This document shows positions 17,894 to 27,315 of a DNA stretch of 64,000 nt, piece after piece. The notes beneath the pieces are model-generated. The model was not told the origin of the DNA. It saw only the letters and a list, made by a program, of their open reading frames with translations, and did not search any database. Origin of the DNA: Acidobacteriota bacterium (lineage in GTDB: Bacteria; Acidobacteriota; Vicinamibacteria; Vicinamibacterales; UBA8438); NCBI GenBank assembly GCA_009838525.1, contig VXRJ01000038.1:10654-74653 (forward strand), in the 5' to 3' direction. Positions within the stretch are counted from its first letter, which is position 1. Each line of letters begins with the position of its first letter. The position numbers were made by a program, and so were the translations under genes.

Positions 17894-19489
17894 CTACTTC
17901 GCGTACTCGACGGAGCGTGTTTCGCGAATCACCGTTACCTTGATTTGTCCGGGGTACTGCAGCTCGTTTTCGATCCGCTTGGCGATGTCGCGCGACAGCC
18001 AGACGGCGTCCTCGTCGGAGACCTGCTCGCTCTGCACCATGATGCGGATTTCCCGCCCAGCCTGTAGCGCAAACGCCCTTCCGACCCCCTGAAACGACTC
18101 CGCGATGTCCTCCAGCTTCTCGATCCGCTTGACGTACGACTCCAGGATGTCCCTGCGCGCGCCGGGTCGGGCGGCGGAAACCGCATCGGCCGCCTGGACG
18201 ATCATCGATTCGAGAGACGGCCAGTCAATGTCCATGTGGTGCGCCGCCATGGCGCCGATGACCTCCTCGGTCTCTCCATGCTTCCGGAGGAAGTCGATGC
18301 CAAGCTCCAGGTGGGTCCCTTCCAGCTCACGGTCCATCGCCTTGCCGATGTCATGCAGGAACGCCGCGCGGACCGTGGTATGTGCATCGAGCCCCACCTC
18401 ACGGGCCATCACCCCGGCGACGTACGCCACTTCCTTCGAGTGGGCAAGGACGTTCTGGCCGTAGCTCGTTCGGAACTTCAGCCGTCCCATCATCCGGCTC
18501 AGCTCGGGATGGAGGTCGTGCAGGCCCAACTCGAAGGCCGCCGCCTCGCCATCCTTCAGTGTCGCCGCGTCCATCTCTTCACGTACCTTGTCGACGACCT
18601 CTTCCACGCGGGCCGGATGGATGCGACCATCGGCGACCAGTTGCTCGATGACGCGCCGGGCGATCTCGCGGCGGTAGGGATCGAAGCAGGAGAGGATGAT
18701 CGCGCCGGGGGTGTCGTCGACGATCAGCTCGACGCCGGTAGCGGTTTCGAGCGCCCGGATGTTGCGCCCCTCACGTCCGATGATCCGTCCCTTCAGATCG
18801 TCGCTTGGCAGGTCTACCACGGACACCGTCGTCTCGATGGCATGGTCGGGCGCGCTCCGCTGAATCGCCTGCGTGATGATCTGCTTCGCCTTGGCCTCGG
18901 CGCTCTCCCGCGCTTCGTGCTCCAGCCGTTTCACCAGATGAGCGGCGTCGCGCCGTGCGTCCGCCTCGAGCTGTTGCAGCAACAGCGTCTTCGCTTCGTC
19001 GGCCGTCATGCCGGAGACCTGCTGCAGCGCGCGCTGGGCTTCGGTGACCAGTTCCTGGCGGCGCGCCTCGTCCGCTTCGGCCGCCGCCTCACGCCTGGCG
19101 AGGGCCTGATCGCGCGCTTCGACCGCCGCTTCGCGCCCCTCGACTTCCTGCGTGGCGCGGGCGAGCGACGCGTCGCGGTCGGCAAGCGCCTGGCGCTTTC
19201 CCGCCAGCTCGCGCTCCAGGGCGGCGATCTCCGCACGGCGCGCCTGAGCCTGCTCCTCGGCTTCCTGGCGCAGCTCGTGTGCTTGTTCCTTGGCGCCGAG
19301 GAGTACTTCCTTGAGCTTGGCCTCCGCCTCACGTTCGGCGTCAGCCAGTAGGCGCTGGGCGTCCGCCGTGGCCCGATCGACGGTCTCTGCGGCTACTCGG
19401 CGTCGCGTGGAGATCCAGTAGATGAGTATGGACAGGCCGACAACGGCAGCTGTAACGGCCCCCGCAAGGATCGGACCGAATTCCACCAC
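17894..19489 (-). CDS. rny: ribonuclease Y
   Basis: N-terminal TM helix and a long Glu/Ala coiled coil. KH domain (GRIIGREGRNIRALETATGVELIVDD). HD domain (HSKEVAYVAGVMA...FLHDIGKA). GTG start preceded by GGGAGG. Confidence 0.92.
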   Translation of the reverse strand: MVEFGPILAGAVTAAVVGLSILIYWISTRRRVAAETVDRATADAQRLLADAEREAEAKLKEVLLGAKEQAHELRQEAEEQAQARRAEIAALERELAGKRQALADRDASLARATQEVEGREAAVEARDQALARREAAAEADEARRQELVTEAQRALQQVSGMTADEAKTLLLQQLEADARRDAAHLVKRLEHEARESAEAKAKQIITQAIQRSAPDHAIETTVSVVDLPSDDLKGRIIGREGRNIRALETATGVELIVDDTPGAIILSCFDPYRREIARRVIEQLVADGRIHPARVEEVVDKVREEMDAATLKDGEAAAFELGLHDLHPELSRMMGRLKFRTSYGQNVLAHSKEVAYVAGVMAREVGLDAHTTVRAAFLHDIGKAMDRELEGTHLELGIDFLRKHGETEEVIGAMAAHHMDIDWPSLESMIVQAADAVSAARPGARRDILESYVKRIEKLEDIAESFQGVGRAFALQAGREIRIMVQSEQVSDEDAVWLSRDIAKRIENELQYPGQIKVTVIRETRSVEYAK

Positions 19490-19839
19490 GCGCGCCTCCC
19501 TGCAACTTGGCGCGCATGCCGGAACCTGAGCCGAACGAAAAACCCCGCGATTACCGTGTGGGGAGGTCGTATGAACCTGCGGGTGCAGGTGGAACCGCTC
19601 TCATCAAACGCCGCCTCTCAGGCTTCCTCGCACGGAGGCGTGCTCACAGCGACGCGTCGCGATCCGCTTCGATTCAACAATGGCTCAAACGAGCCTCCGA
19701 CCATCACGCGTACTGCAGGGACCTCAATCTCAGGACTCGCGGCGCCTCCCCTGCGGCCGGCGACGCGTCCGACACGCGTACCTTTTTGTTGCTGAGAGGC
19801 ATCTTAGCCCCGCACGGACGGCGGTGCAAGCAACCCGGG

Positions 19840-20175
19840 TCACGCGTTCGCGGAGTCGTCGGAAGGTGGCAAGCTGACCCTTATCGCGCGATCGACAACC
19901 GCCTCGATCTCCGCCGTCCGCTCGCGGATGACGCGGTCGCGGTCGGTCCGGTGTTCCCGGCAGCGGAAGTAGTCATCGGCGATATTCAGCGCGGCGAGCA
20001 CGGCGACCCGCACCAGGTCCCCGTGCGGCGTCTGGGTGGTGATTGTCCGCATCTTCCCCTGGACATAGTCCGCGAGGCGCTGCAGCTCGGCGCGATCGAG
20101 GCTGCTGCGGACGAGATAGGACTGGTCCAGAATCCGGACCGTCACGGTCGCGGCTTCCGGTGTCGGATCGTCCAC
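19840..20175 (-). CDS. zapA: cell division protein ZapA
   Basis: 111 aa. VTVRILDQSYLVRSSLDRAELQRLADYVQGKM...VAVLAALNIADDY is typical ZapA. Confidence 0.8.
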   Translation of the reverse strand: MDDPTPEAATVTVRILDQSYLVRSSLDRAELQRLADYVQGKMRTITTQTPHGDLVRVAVLAALNIADDYFRCREHRTDRDRVIRERTAEIEAVVDRAIRVSLPPSDDSANA

Positions 20176-20181
20176 GGGCTG

Positions 20182-20502
20182 CTAGAGCTCGATGGCCTCG
20201 AGCTGATCGAGCATGGCCGCGACCCGTGTCTGCAACTGCGCGCGTTCCGCGCGGAGGGCCTGCAACTCGTGGCGATCCTGTTGTGCGTGAACACCCTGAT
20301 CGTCGAGGTTGCGCTTCAACTGCTCGTTCTCCTGTTTCGACTCGGCAAGCTCGCGGCGAGTCGCGTCGAGGAGTTCGACGAGCGCTGAAACCTTGTCGGC
20401 GAGCCGTTCGATGGCCGCGAGACTGACAGTCTCAACCGCGCCGGCGTCGATTCTGGCGTCGTCGGTCGCAGTCTCAAGGGTGGCGGGAACGGTCTGATCC
20501 AT
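20182..20502 (-). CDS. coiled-coil protein, ZapB-like
   Basis: 106 aa, heptad-rich (LAESKQENEQLKRNLDD...LQALRAERAQLQTRVAAMLDQLEAIEL), located immediately upstream of zapA. Confidence 0.5.
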   Translation of the reverse strand: MDQTVPATLETATDDARIDAGAVETVSLAAIERLADKVSALVELLDATRRELAESKQENEQLKRNLDDQGVHAQQDRHELQALRAERAQLQTRVAAMLDQLEAIEL

Positions 20503-20582
20503 GACGGGTTGTGCTCCTTACTCGTGGCAGTGGACAGGCTTGCGCGCCGTCGTCTCGCCGGGGACAGCGACGTATCGACAGG

Positions 20583-22739
20583 TCATCGCAACGTCGCCCC
20601 ATGCGCTGTCTGGAGAGCGCCGACGATCGAGTCCATCGCCTGCTGGACCTCCGGATCGGTCAGCGTGCGATCGGCTGCGCGGAAAGTCAGCCGGAACGCC
20701 AGACTGACACACCCTCTCGGTATGCCTTTGCCTTCGTACCGATCGAACTCGTGCACTGCAAGCAGGGTTTCCGGGGCGGCCGAACGAATGGTGCCACGAA
20801 CGGAGGCGGCGGGCAAGGCGGCATCGACAACAACGGCCAGGTCGCGCACGCTCGACGGATAGCGGGGCAGCGGTGCGGTGACCATCCGGCGGCGGTCGGT
20901 GCCGGCGGCGGCGAGGCCGTCGAGATCGAGCTCCGCCACCCAGACCGCCTCGGCCCCGGCACGGTGGATTCCACGCTGCTCGGCGATGTCGAACGCCAAT
21001 TGCCCGACCGCGCCCAATGGCCGCGGCGCGCCGCCGCCGGGAGCCGGCGCAACGACGGTGGCCGCCCGTCCCGGCACGAGTGTTGGCCGCTTCAAGGGTT
21101 CAAAGCCCGCGTGGACGCCAAACGCGTCGCACAGGCGGCTGACGATGCCGGTCAGGTCGAAGAAATCGGACGGTCGCTCCTCTCCGCTCCAATGGCCCGC
21201 CGTTCCCGAGCCGGTCAGCGCAATGCCCACGCTGCGCACTTCGCCGCCGCTGGCGGTGAAGCGGGCGCCGATCTCGAAGAGGCGTATGTCATGGTGTTCG
21301 CGGTGGCGGTTGTAGACCAGGGCGCCGATCAGGCCGGGCAGGAGCGACGGTCTGAGGACGGCGAAGTGCTCCGAGAGCGGGTTGGCGATTCGGACGATCT
21401 CGTCGTCGCGTTCGACGAACGGTCGAGCCGCCGATTCCTCGATGAAGCCGTAGGTGACCGCCTCGGAACAAGTGCTCGCGGTCAGGACGCGCCGCGCCAG
21501 ACGCTGCTGCGCCAGCGCGTTGCTCTCCGGTGCGGGCGCGTGGGCCATTGCCGGGAAGGTCGACGGCAGCCGATCGTAGCCGTAGTGCCGCGCCACCTCC
21601 TCGATCAGGTCGATCTCGCGGCTGACGTCCACCCGGTGGCCCGGCACCGTGACCCGCCAGGTATCGTTCGCCGGCGCGTCTGCGTCGCCGGATGCGTCAG
21701 CGGCGGCCGGCGGGTCGTCTACGTCGAAGCCGAGCCGTCCGAGCGCCGCCGGGACGAACGCACGGTCCACTTCAACCCCCAGCACGCGACCGATCCGCGC
21801 ATGACGCAGCGTAACCGTCGGCCGCGTCCGCGGGGCGGGGTAGCGGTCGACGATGGCTCCCTCCGGTGCGCCGGCCCCCAGCTCGACGAGCAACTTTTGC
21901 GCGCGCCGCATCGCGCGGACCGGCGCGGTGATGTCGGCGCCCCGTTCGAACCGGTACGACGCCTCGGTCGACAGCGCCAGTCGCCGGCCGGTGCGACGGA
22001 CCGAGATCGGGTCGAACCAGGCGCTCTCGAACGCGACACGGCGGGTGCCGCCGGCCACCTCCGAGTCCGCGCTGCCCATGACCCCGGCCACCGCCTGCGG
22101 GACGGTGGCGTCGGCAATTACCAGCATGTCGTCTTCGAGCGTCCGCGCGATGCCGTCCAGCGTTGTGACGGACTCGCCGGCCCGGGCGCGGCGGATCCGC
22201 AGCTCGCCGCCTCGGAGCCGGTCGAGATCGAAGGCGTGCAGCGGGTGGCCCATCTCGATCAGGACGTAGTTGGTGATGTCTACGAGGTTGTTGATGGGAC
22301 GGATATCCACCGCCTCGAGACGCGCCGCCATCCAGGCCGGCGAGGGTCCGATGGTGACGCCTGCGAGCGACGCCGCGTAGCGGGGGCAGAGATCGAGTGC
22401 GTCGGACTCAATCGTGACGGGCAGCGGGTCGTCGCCGCCGGCCGCCGCGCCGTGGCCGTCCGCCACAGTCCCGTCCGCCAGGACCGGCAGCGCCAGCGGC
22501 TCGCCGTAGATGGTCGAGACTTCGCGTGCGATACCGACGACGCTGAGGCAGTCGGGGCGGTTGGTCGTCACCTCGAGGTCGAGCACCGCGTCCGGTTCGC
22601 CGGCGGGCCGACCAGGAACGTCCGGCGCCGGATCGATAGACGCCACCTCGAATCCGTGCCGGGTGAGCGAGTCGGCCAACTCCTCGATGGAAGCGGTGAC
22701 CGGAACAAACTCGCGCAGCCACGAGACCAGGATCTTCAC
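20583..22739 (-). CDS. pheT: phenylalanine--tRNA ligase beta subunit
   Basis: ORF-track ORF 20583..23072 is trimmed to the GTG (VKILVSWLREFV) that overlaps the pheS stop (GTGA). B3/4 and B5 regions plus the C-terminal FDX-ACB-like end ...TLTDPEVQQAMDSIVGAL. Confidence 0.92.
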   Translation of the reverse strand: MKILVSWLREFVPVTASIEELADSLTRHGFEVASIDPAPDVPGRPAGEPDAVLDLEVTTNRPDCLSVVGIAREVSTIYGEPLALPVLADGTVADGHGAAAGGDDPLPVTIESDALDLCPRYAASLAGVTIGPSPAWMAARLEAVDIRPINNLVDITNYVLIEMGHPLHAFDLDRLRGGELRIRRARAGESVTTLDGIARTLEDDMLVIADATVPQAVAGVMGSADSEVAGGTRRVAFESAWFDPISVRRTGRRLALSTEASYRFERGADITAPVRAMRRAQKLLVELGAGAPEGAIVDRYPAPRTRPTVTLRHARIGRVLGVEVDRAFVPAALGRLGFDVDDPPAAADASGDADAPANDTWRVTVPGHRVDVSREIDLIEEVARHYGYDRLPSTFPAMAHAPAPESNALAQQRLARRVLTASTCSEAVTYGFIEESAARPFVERDDEIVRIANPLSEHFAVLRPSLLPGLIGALVYNRHREHHDIRLFEIGARFTASGGEVRSVGIALTGSGTAGHWSGEERPSDFFDLTGIVSRLCDAFGVHAGFEPLKRPTLVPGRAATVVAPAPGGGAPRPLGAVGQLAFDIAEQRGIHRAGAEAVWVAELDLDGLAAAGTDRRRMVTAPLPRYPSSVRDLAVVVDAALPAASVRGTIRSAAPETLLAVHEFDRYEGKGIPRGCVSLAFRLTFRAADRTLTDPEVQQAMDSIVGALQTAHGATLR

Positions 22740-23785
22740 AGCGCGAACTGCTCCAGAAGACGCAGGTCGTTGTCGTAGAAGGCGCGGATGTCGTGCACGC
22801 GGTACTTCAGAATCGCGATCCGGTCTACGCCGATGCCGAAGGCCCAGCCGGTGAGCCGCTCGGGGTCGTAGCCGACCGCCTCGAGAACCGCCGGGTCCAC
22901 CATCCCGCTCCCGAGGATCTCCAGCCATCCCGTCTTCTTGCAGACCGGGCAGCCGTCGCCGTTGCAGAAGACGCAACTGATGAACACCTCCGCGCTCGGC
23001 TCCGTGTAGGGGAAGAAGCTGGGGCGGAACATCACCCGCGTCTCCGGGTCGAAGAGCTGCTGCAGGAAGCACTCCAGCGTGCCTTTCAAGTCCGCCATCG
23101 TCACATCCTCGCCCACGAGCAGTCCCTCCACCTGCTGGAACATCGGCGAGTGCGTCAGGTCAGGGTTGTCGCGACGGTAGACGCGGCCGGGCGCGATGAT
23201 CCGCACCGGCGGCTCGTGCGTTTCCATGTAGCGGATCTGCATCCCGGACGTGTGTGTCCGGAGAAGCGTGCCGGGCGGACCGTGCGGCGTTCGGAGCGGC
23301 CCGTCGAGGTAGAGGGTGTCCTGCATGTCGCGCGCCGGGTGCTCCGGCGGCATGTTGAGCGCTTCGAAGTTGTGGTAGTCATCCTCCACTTCAGGGCCAT
23401 CGACGATTTCGAAACCGAGGCCGGTGAAGATCCGTTCGATCTCCTCGCGGATGAGCGTCAGCGGGTGCCGGTGGCCAATCCGGACGTCGCGCCCCGGGAG
23501 GGTGACGTCGACCGCGCCGGCGGGACGCGTGAACGCCGTGAGCGCGTCCCGCCGCTCGCCGAGCGCGCGCTCGATCTCCTTGCGGAGCTGGTTTGCCTGC
23601 TGCCCCAGCGTGCGGCGCATCTCCGGTGGGGCCGCCGCGACCGACTTGAGGAGCGCCTGCACGGCGCCCCGCTTGCGGCCCAGGTACTGATCGTGCAGCG
23701 CCTGCAGGTGGTCGGCCGTCTCGGTCAGCGCGAGGTCGGCGTGGAAGGAGGCCCGGATCTCGTCTGCGGTCGGAACGTCAGCCAT
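22736..23785 (-). CDS. pheS: phenylalanine--tRNA ligase alpha subunit
   Basis: Class II aaRS motifs: ...RRDNPDLTHSPMFQQVEGL..., ...FPYTEPSAEV..., ...GWAFGIGVDRIAILKY. Confidence 0.95.
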   Translation of the reverse strand: MADVPTADEIRASFHADLALTETADHLQALHDQYLGRKRGAVQALLKSVAAAPPEMRRTLGQQANQLRKEIERALGERRDALTAFTRPAGAVDVTLPGRDVRIGHRHPLTLIREEIERIFTGLGFEIVDGPEVEDDYHNFEALNMPPEHPARDMQDTLYLDGPLRTPHGPPGTLLRTHTSGMQIRYMETHEPPVRIIAPGRVYRRDNPDLTHSPMFQQVEGLLVGEDVTMADLKGTLECFLQQLFDPETRVMFRPSFFPYTEPSAEVFISCVFCNGDGCPVCKKTGWLEILGSGMVDPAVLEAVGYDPERLTGWAFGIGVDRIAILKYRVHDIRAFYDNDLRLLEQFAL

Positions 23786-23848
23786 CTGGATGCATCACCG
23801 CTTGAAGGTAGCGGGGGTTCATCACGGGCTGACCGGGACCGGGACTCC

Positions 23849-24223
23849 CTACGGCGCGGCGGCCACCGATGGGCGCGCCTCCCGAGCCTGCTCCGCGAGG
23901 TGCGCGAACGCATCCGGCTCGCGCACCGCGAGGTCGGCCAGCGCCTTCCGGTCGAGACCGATACCGGCTGCTTTCAATCCGTGCATGAACTGGCTGTAGC
24001 TAAGTCCGTGCTGCCGTGACGCCGCGCCGATGCGGGTGATCCAGAGCCGCCGGAAGTCCCGCTTTCGCAGCTTGCGGCCGACGAACGCGTAGTTCAGCGA
24101 GGTGTCGACCGCTTCCTTCGCGGCGCGGTACAGCTTGCTCTTGGTCTGAAAGAAACCCTTGGCGCGGGCGAGCAGCTTCTTTCGCTTGCGCCGCCGGATG
24201 GGTCCGCGTTTCACTCGAGGCAT
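23849..24223 (-). CDS. rplT: 50S ribosomal protein L20
   Basis: [24 protein letters not shown]...[11 protein letters not shown] is canonical L20. Confidence 0.95.
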   Translation of the reverse strand: MPRVKRGPIRRRKRKKLLARAKGFFQTKSKLYRAAKEAVDTSLNYAFVGRKLRKRDFRRLWITRIGAASRQHGLSYSQFMHGLKAAGIGLDRKALADLAVREPDAFAHLAEQAREARPSVAAAP

Positions 24224-24265
24224 GATGCTGGCGTCCTTCCTCTGCTTGCCTGTGCCGGCGGGCCG

Positions 24266-24463
24266 CTACTTGTAGGGGATCATCCGCGCGACTCTTGGAG
24301 TGTCAGCGTCGGAGACCGTCGTCGTACCGCGCAGCTTCCGTTTCTGTTTCGTTGTCTTCGTAGTCAGGATGTGCCGCGCGTACGCCTTCTTCCGTGTCAC
24401 CTTGCCGGTGCCGGTCCGGTTGAAGCGCTTCGCCGCGCCGCGATGAGTCTTCAGCTTCGGCAT
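24266..24463 (-). CDS. rpmI: 50S ribosomal protein L35
   Basis: [34 protein letters not shown] is canonical L35. GGAGA lies 7 nt upstream of the ATG. Confidence 0.95.
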   Translation of the reverse strand: MPKLKTHRGAAKRFNRTGTGKVTRKKAYARHILTTKTTKQKRKLRGTTTVSDADTPRVARMIPYK

Positions 24464-24516
24464 CTGTCGTCTCCATGTCGTTTCCTGCCACGGGCTGGCG
24501 ACGCGCGTGGCGATGC

Positions 24517-24536
24517 GCGCGCCCGAAAGGGCGCGC
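24517..24536 (-). promoter_or_regulatory. perfect 8-bp GC hairpin between infC and rpmI (possible L20/L35-operon leader element or processing/attenuation stem)
   Basis: The plus strand reads GCGCGCCC-GAAA-GGGCGCGC. It starts at the infC stop codon, has no U-run after it, and lies 53 nt before the rpmI ATG. Confidence 0.35.
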
Positions 24537-25105
24537 TACCGCCGCTTCTTCGTCACGGCCCGGCTCGACAGGATCGTGTGCATCTGGTTCCCTTCCATGC
24601 GCGGCGCGGTCTCCTGCACCGCCACCTCCTGCAACTCGTCGACCAGCCGGTCAAGGATGTGACGCCCGAACTCGGGGTGCGCCATCTCGCGCCCGCGGAA
24701 GAAGATTGTCGCCTTCACCTTGTCGCCGTGGGCGAGGAAGCGCTCCACATGCTTCTTCTTGAACTGATAGTCGTGTTCGTCCACCTTCGGGCGGAACTTG
24801 ATCTCCTTGACTTCGATTGTCTTCTGATGCTTGCGCGCCAGCCGCGACCGCTTCTGTTCCTCGTACTGATACCGCCCGAAGTCCATGATGCGGCAGACGG
24901 GCGGGCGCGCGGTGGGGGAAATCTCGACCAGGTCGAGCCCCTTCTCGCGCGCGATGACGAGCGCCTCAGCCGGCGCCATCAGACCGAGTTGTTCACCCTC
25001 ATCGTTGATGACGCGAACCTCACGAACCCGAATCCGTTCGTTGACCCGTGTACGCGGCTGACGAAAGTCGCGGCGTGGCCCTCTGGGGCCCCGTCCTGGA
25101 GGAAT
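24536..25105 (-). CDS. infC: translation initiation factor IF-3, predicted AUU start
   Basis: The ORF track only reports the internal ATG at 24979. The same frame stays open upstream and reads [49 protein letters not shown].... ATT at 25103-25105 has GGGAG 8 nt upstream. AUU is the classical autoregulated infC start. Confidence 0.85.
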   Translation of the reverse strand: MPPGRGPRGPRRDFRQPRTRVNERIRVREVRVINDEGEQLGLMAPAEALVIAREKGLDLVEISPTARPPVCRIMDFGRYQYEEQKRSRLARKHQKTIEVKEIKFRPKVDEHDYQFKKKHVERFLAHGDKVKATIFFRGREMAHPEFGRHILDRLVDELQEVAVQETAPRMEGNQMHTILSSRAVTKKRR

Positions 25106-25157
25106 CTCTGCTGCTCCCTTCGTTTCGTTCGTCCGCGGCTCGCCGCGAACGGACAGT

Positions 25158-27098
25158 TTACTCTTTCTGGCCTTGCTCTGGATCCGGCGACCGCTTCGCC
25201 CGCACTTCGGCGCGGAGTGCGCGCACGAGGTCGTCCACGTCGCGCGGGCCCTGATCCCCGGCCGTACGGCTCCTGACCGCCACCGTTCCGTGCTCGGTCT
25301 CCCGGTCGCCGACGACGAGCATGTAGGGAATCTTCTGGAGTTGCGCCTCGCGGATCTTCAGCCCGATCTTCTCCTGCCGGCCGTCCAGCTCCACCCGGAA
25401 TCCCTCCGCCGCGAGACGGTCGCGCACCGTTTCCGCGTGCGGGATGTGCCGGTCCGCGATCGTCAGGACGCGGGTCTGGACCGGCGCCAGCCAGAGCGGA
25501 AACGCGCCGGCGTACTGCTCGATCAGGAGGGCGACGAACCGCTCGAAGCTGCCGAAGATCGCACGATGGATCAGCACCGGGGTATGCTCGGCGTTGTCCG
25601 CGCCGACGTACTTGAGGCCGAAGCGCTGCGGCATCTGGTAGTCGAGTTGAATCGTCGCGCATTGCCACCGGCGGCCGAGCGCGTCGGTCACGTGCAGGTC
25701 GATCTTCGGGCCGTAGAAGCTGCCGTCCCCCTCGGAGATGGTGAACGGCGTCCCCGTCGTTTCGATCGCCGCCTTCAATTGCGCTTCGGCATGGTCCCAG
25801 GTTTCCGCCGTTCCCAGGTAGTCGTCGGGCCGCGTCGACAACTCCACCTCGTAGTCGAGGCCGAAATCGGAGTAGACCCGATCGACGAGGCGTAACAGCC
25901 GTTCGACCTCGTCGCCGATCTGATCCTCGGTGATGAAACAGTGGGCGTCGTCCTGCGCAAACTGCCGGACGCGGGTCAGGCCGCTCAGCACGCCGGACGC
26001 CTCGTTCCGATGCAGCACGCCCTGGTCGTGGAACCGTAGCGGCAGATCGCGATAGCTCCGCCCCTCGCTCGCGAACATCAGCATGTGGCCGGGGCAGTTC
26101 ATCGCCTTCAGGCCGAACGGTTCGCCGTCCGATTCGACCAGGAACATGTTCTCCCGGTAATGCTCCCAGTGGCCGGAGGTCTCCCAGAGCGCCTTGTTGA
26201 AGACGAGTGGCGTCCGCACTTCCTGGTAACCCTCTCCGGAGAGCGCGTCGCGCATGTAGTCGGAGAGCAACTGGTAGAGCGTTGCCCCCTTCGCGTGCCA
26301 GAACGGCGCGCCGGGCGCCCAGGGATGGAAGGTGAAGAGTCCCAGCTCCTTGCCCAGCTTGCGGTGGTCGCGCTTCTTCGCCTCCTCGATCCGGTGGAGG
26401 TGGTCGGAGAGTTCCGACGCCTTGAAGAACGCGGTGCCGTAGATCCGCTGCATCGGCTGATTGCGCGCGTCACCCTTCCAGTAGGCGTTCGAACTCGACA
26501 GCACCTTGAACGCCTTGAGGCGGCCGGTCGAGGGAACGTGCGGGCCGGTGCAGAAATCGATGAAGGCGTGCTCGATGGTGTAGCAGGAAACGCGCGGGCC
26601 TCCCTTTTCCTCGATCAGCTGCACCTTCAGGGGCTCGCCCCGGCCGTCGAAGTACGCCTTGGCTTCCTCCTTCGACATCATCTTCCGCTCGTAGCGGAGA
26701 TCCTGCCGGGCGATCTCGGTCATCTTCCGCTCTATCGCTTCGAGATCCTCGGGAACGAACGGGCGGTTGACGACGAAGTCGTAGAAGAAGCCGTCATCGA
26801 TTGCTGGGCCGATGCCACACTGCGCCTCCGGGAAGAGGGCGGTCACCGCCGCCGCCATCAGGTGCGCCGTGCTGTGGCGGTACAGAGCGAGGGCTTCCGG
26901 CGTCCCTGGCGTCACGAAACGGACCGAAGCGTCCGTCTCCAGCGGGAAGGTGAGATCCACCATACGGTCGTCGACCAACGCGGCAAGCGCGTGCTTGGCC
27001 AGACGCGGCGACAGCCCCTTCGCCAGATCGACGACGGGGGCGCCTGCCGGCACGGCCCGGGTGGAGCCGTCGGGCAGCGTGACGGTTACCTGACTCAT
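25158..27098 (-). CDS. thrS: threonine--tRNA ligase
   Basis: Start trimmed to ATG 27098 ([19 protein letters not shown] domain). Contains the editing domain, the class II core (...[14 protein letters not shown]...) and the anticodon-binding end. Confidence 0.93.
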   Translation of the reverse strand: MSQVTVTLPDGSTRAVPAGAPVVDLAKGLSPRLAKHALAALVDDRMVDLTFPLETDASVRFVTPGTPEALALYRHSTAHLMAAAVTALFPEAQCGIGPAIDDGFFYDFVVNRPFVPEDLEAIERKMTEIARQDLRYERKMMSKEEAKAYFDGRGEPLKVQLIEEKGGPRVSCYTIEHAFIDFCTGPHVPSTGRLKAFKVLSSSNAYWKGDARNQPMQRIYGTAFFKASELSDHLHRIEEAKKRDHRKLGKELGLFTFHPWAPGAPFWHAKGATLYQLLSDYMRDALSGEGYQEVRTPLVFNKALWETSGHWEHYRENMFLVESDGEPFGLKAMNCPGHMLMFASEGRSYRDLPLRFHDQGVLHRNEASGVLSGLTRVRQFAQDDAHCFITEDQIGDEVERLLRLVDRVYSDFGLDYEVELSTRPDDYLGTAETWDHAEAQLKAAIETTGTPFTISEGDGSFYGPKIDLHVTDALGRRWQCATIQLDYQMPQRFGLKYVGADNAEHTPVLIHRAIFGSFERFVALLIEQYAGAFPLWLAPVQTRVLTIADRHIPHAETVRDRLAAEGFRVELDGRQEKIGLKIREAQLQKIPYMLVVGDRETEHGTVAVRSRTAGDQGPRDVDDLVRALRAEVRAKRSPDPEQGQKE

Positions 27099-27174
27099 GC
27101 GGTGTGCAGTGGAGCGGACGGGCTCAGGCCGTACACGGCGCAACGGGCGGAGGGGCTAGCGGGAGCATGGAACA

Positions 27175-27251
27175 TGGTAGGCACGGGCGGACTTGAACCG
27201 CCGACCTCCTGCATGTCAAGCAGGCGCTCTAACCAACTGAGCTACGCGCCT
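27175..27251 (-). tRNA. tRNA-Val (anticodon GAC), CCA encoded
   Basis: Reverse complement: AGGCGCGTAGCTCAGTTGGTTAGAGCGCCTGCTTGACATGCAGGAGGTCGGCGGTTCAAGTCCGCCCGTGCCTACCA. It folds as a cloverleaf with anticodon loop TTGACAT and T-arm GGCGG-TTCAAGT-CCGCC. Confidence 0.9.
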
Positions 27252-27315
27252 AGACTTCAGAATCGACAAACCGGTGCATGATCGCGCATACGCGCCATCG
27301 CGTCAAACGCGTTTG

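Noticed and set aside
27252-27315. Candidate promoter for tRNA-Val (TTGACG, 17-nt spacer, GATCAT on the minus strand) and the 12-nt palindrome CAAACGCGTTTG just after the S41 gene stop.
   Set aside because: The -10 element is weak (3 of 6 bases). The palindrome cannot form a stable hairpin (AT stem, 4-nt GC loop). Neither is strong enough to annotate.
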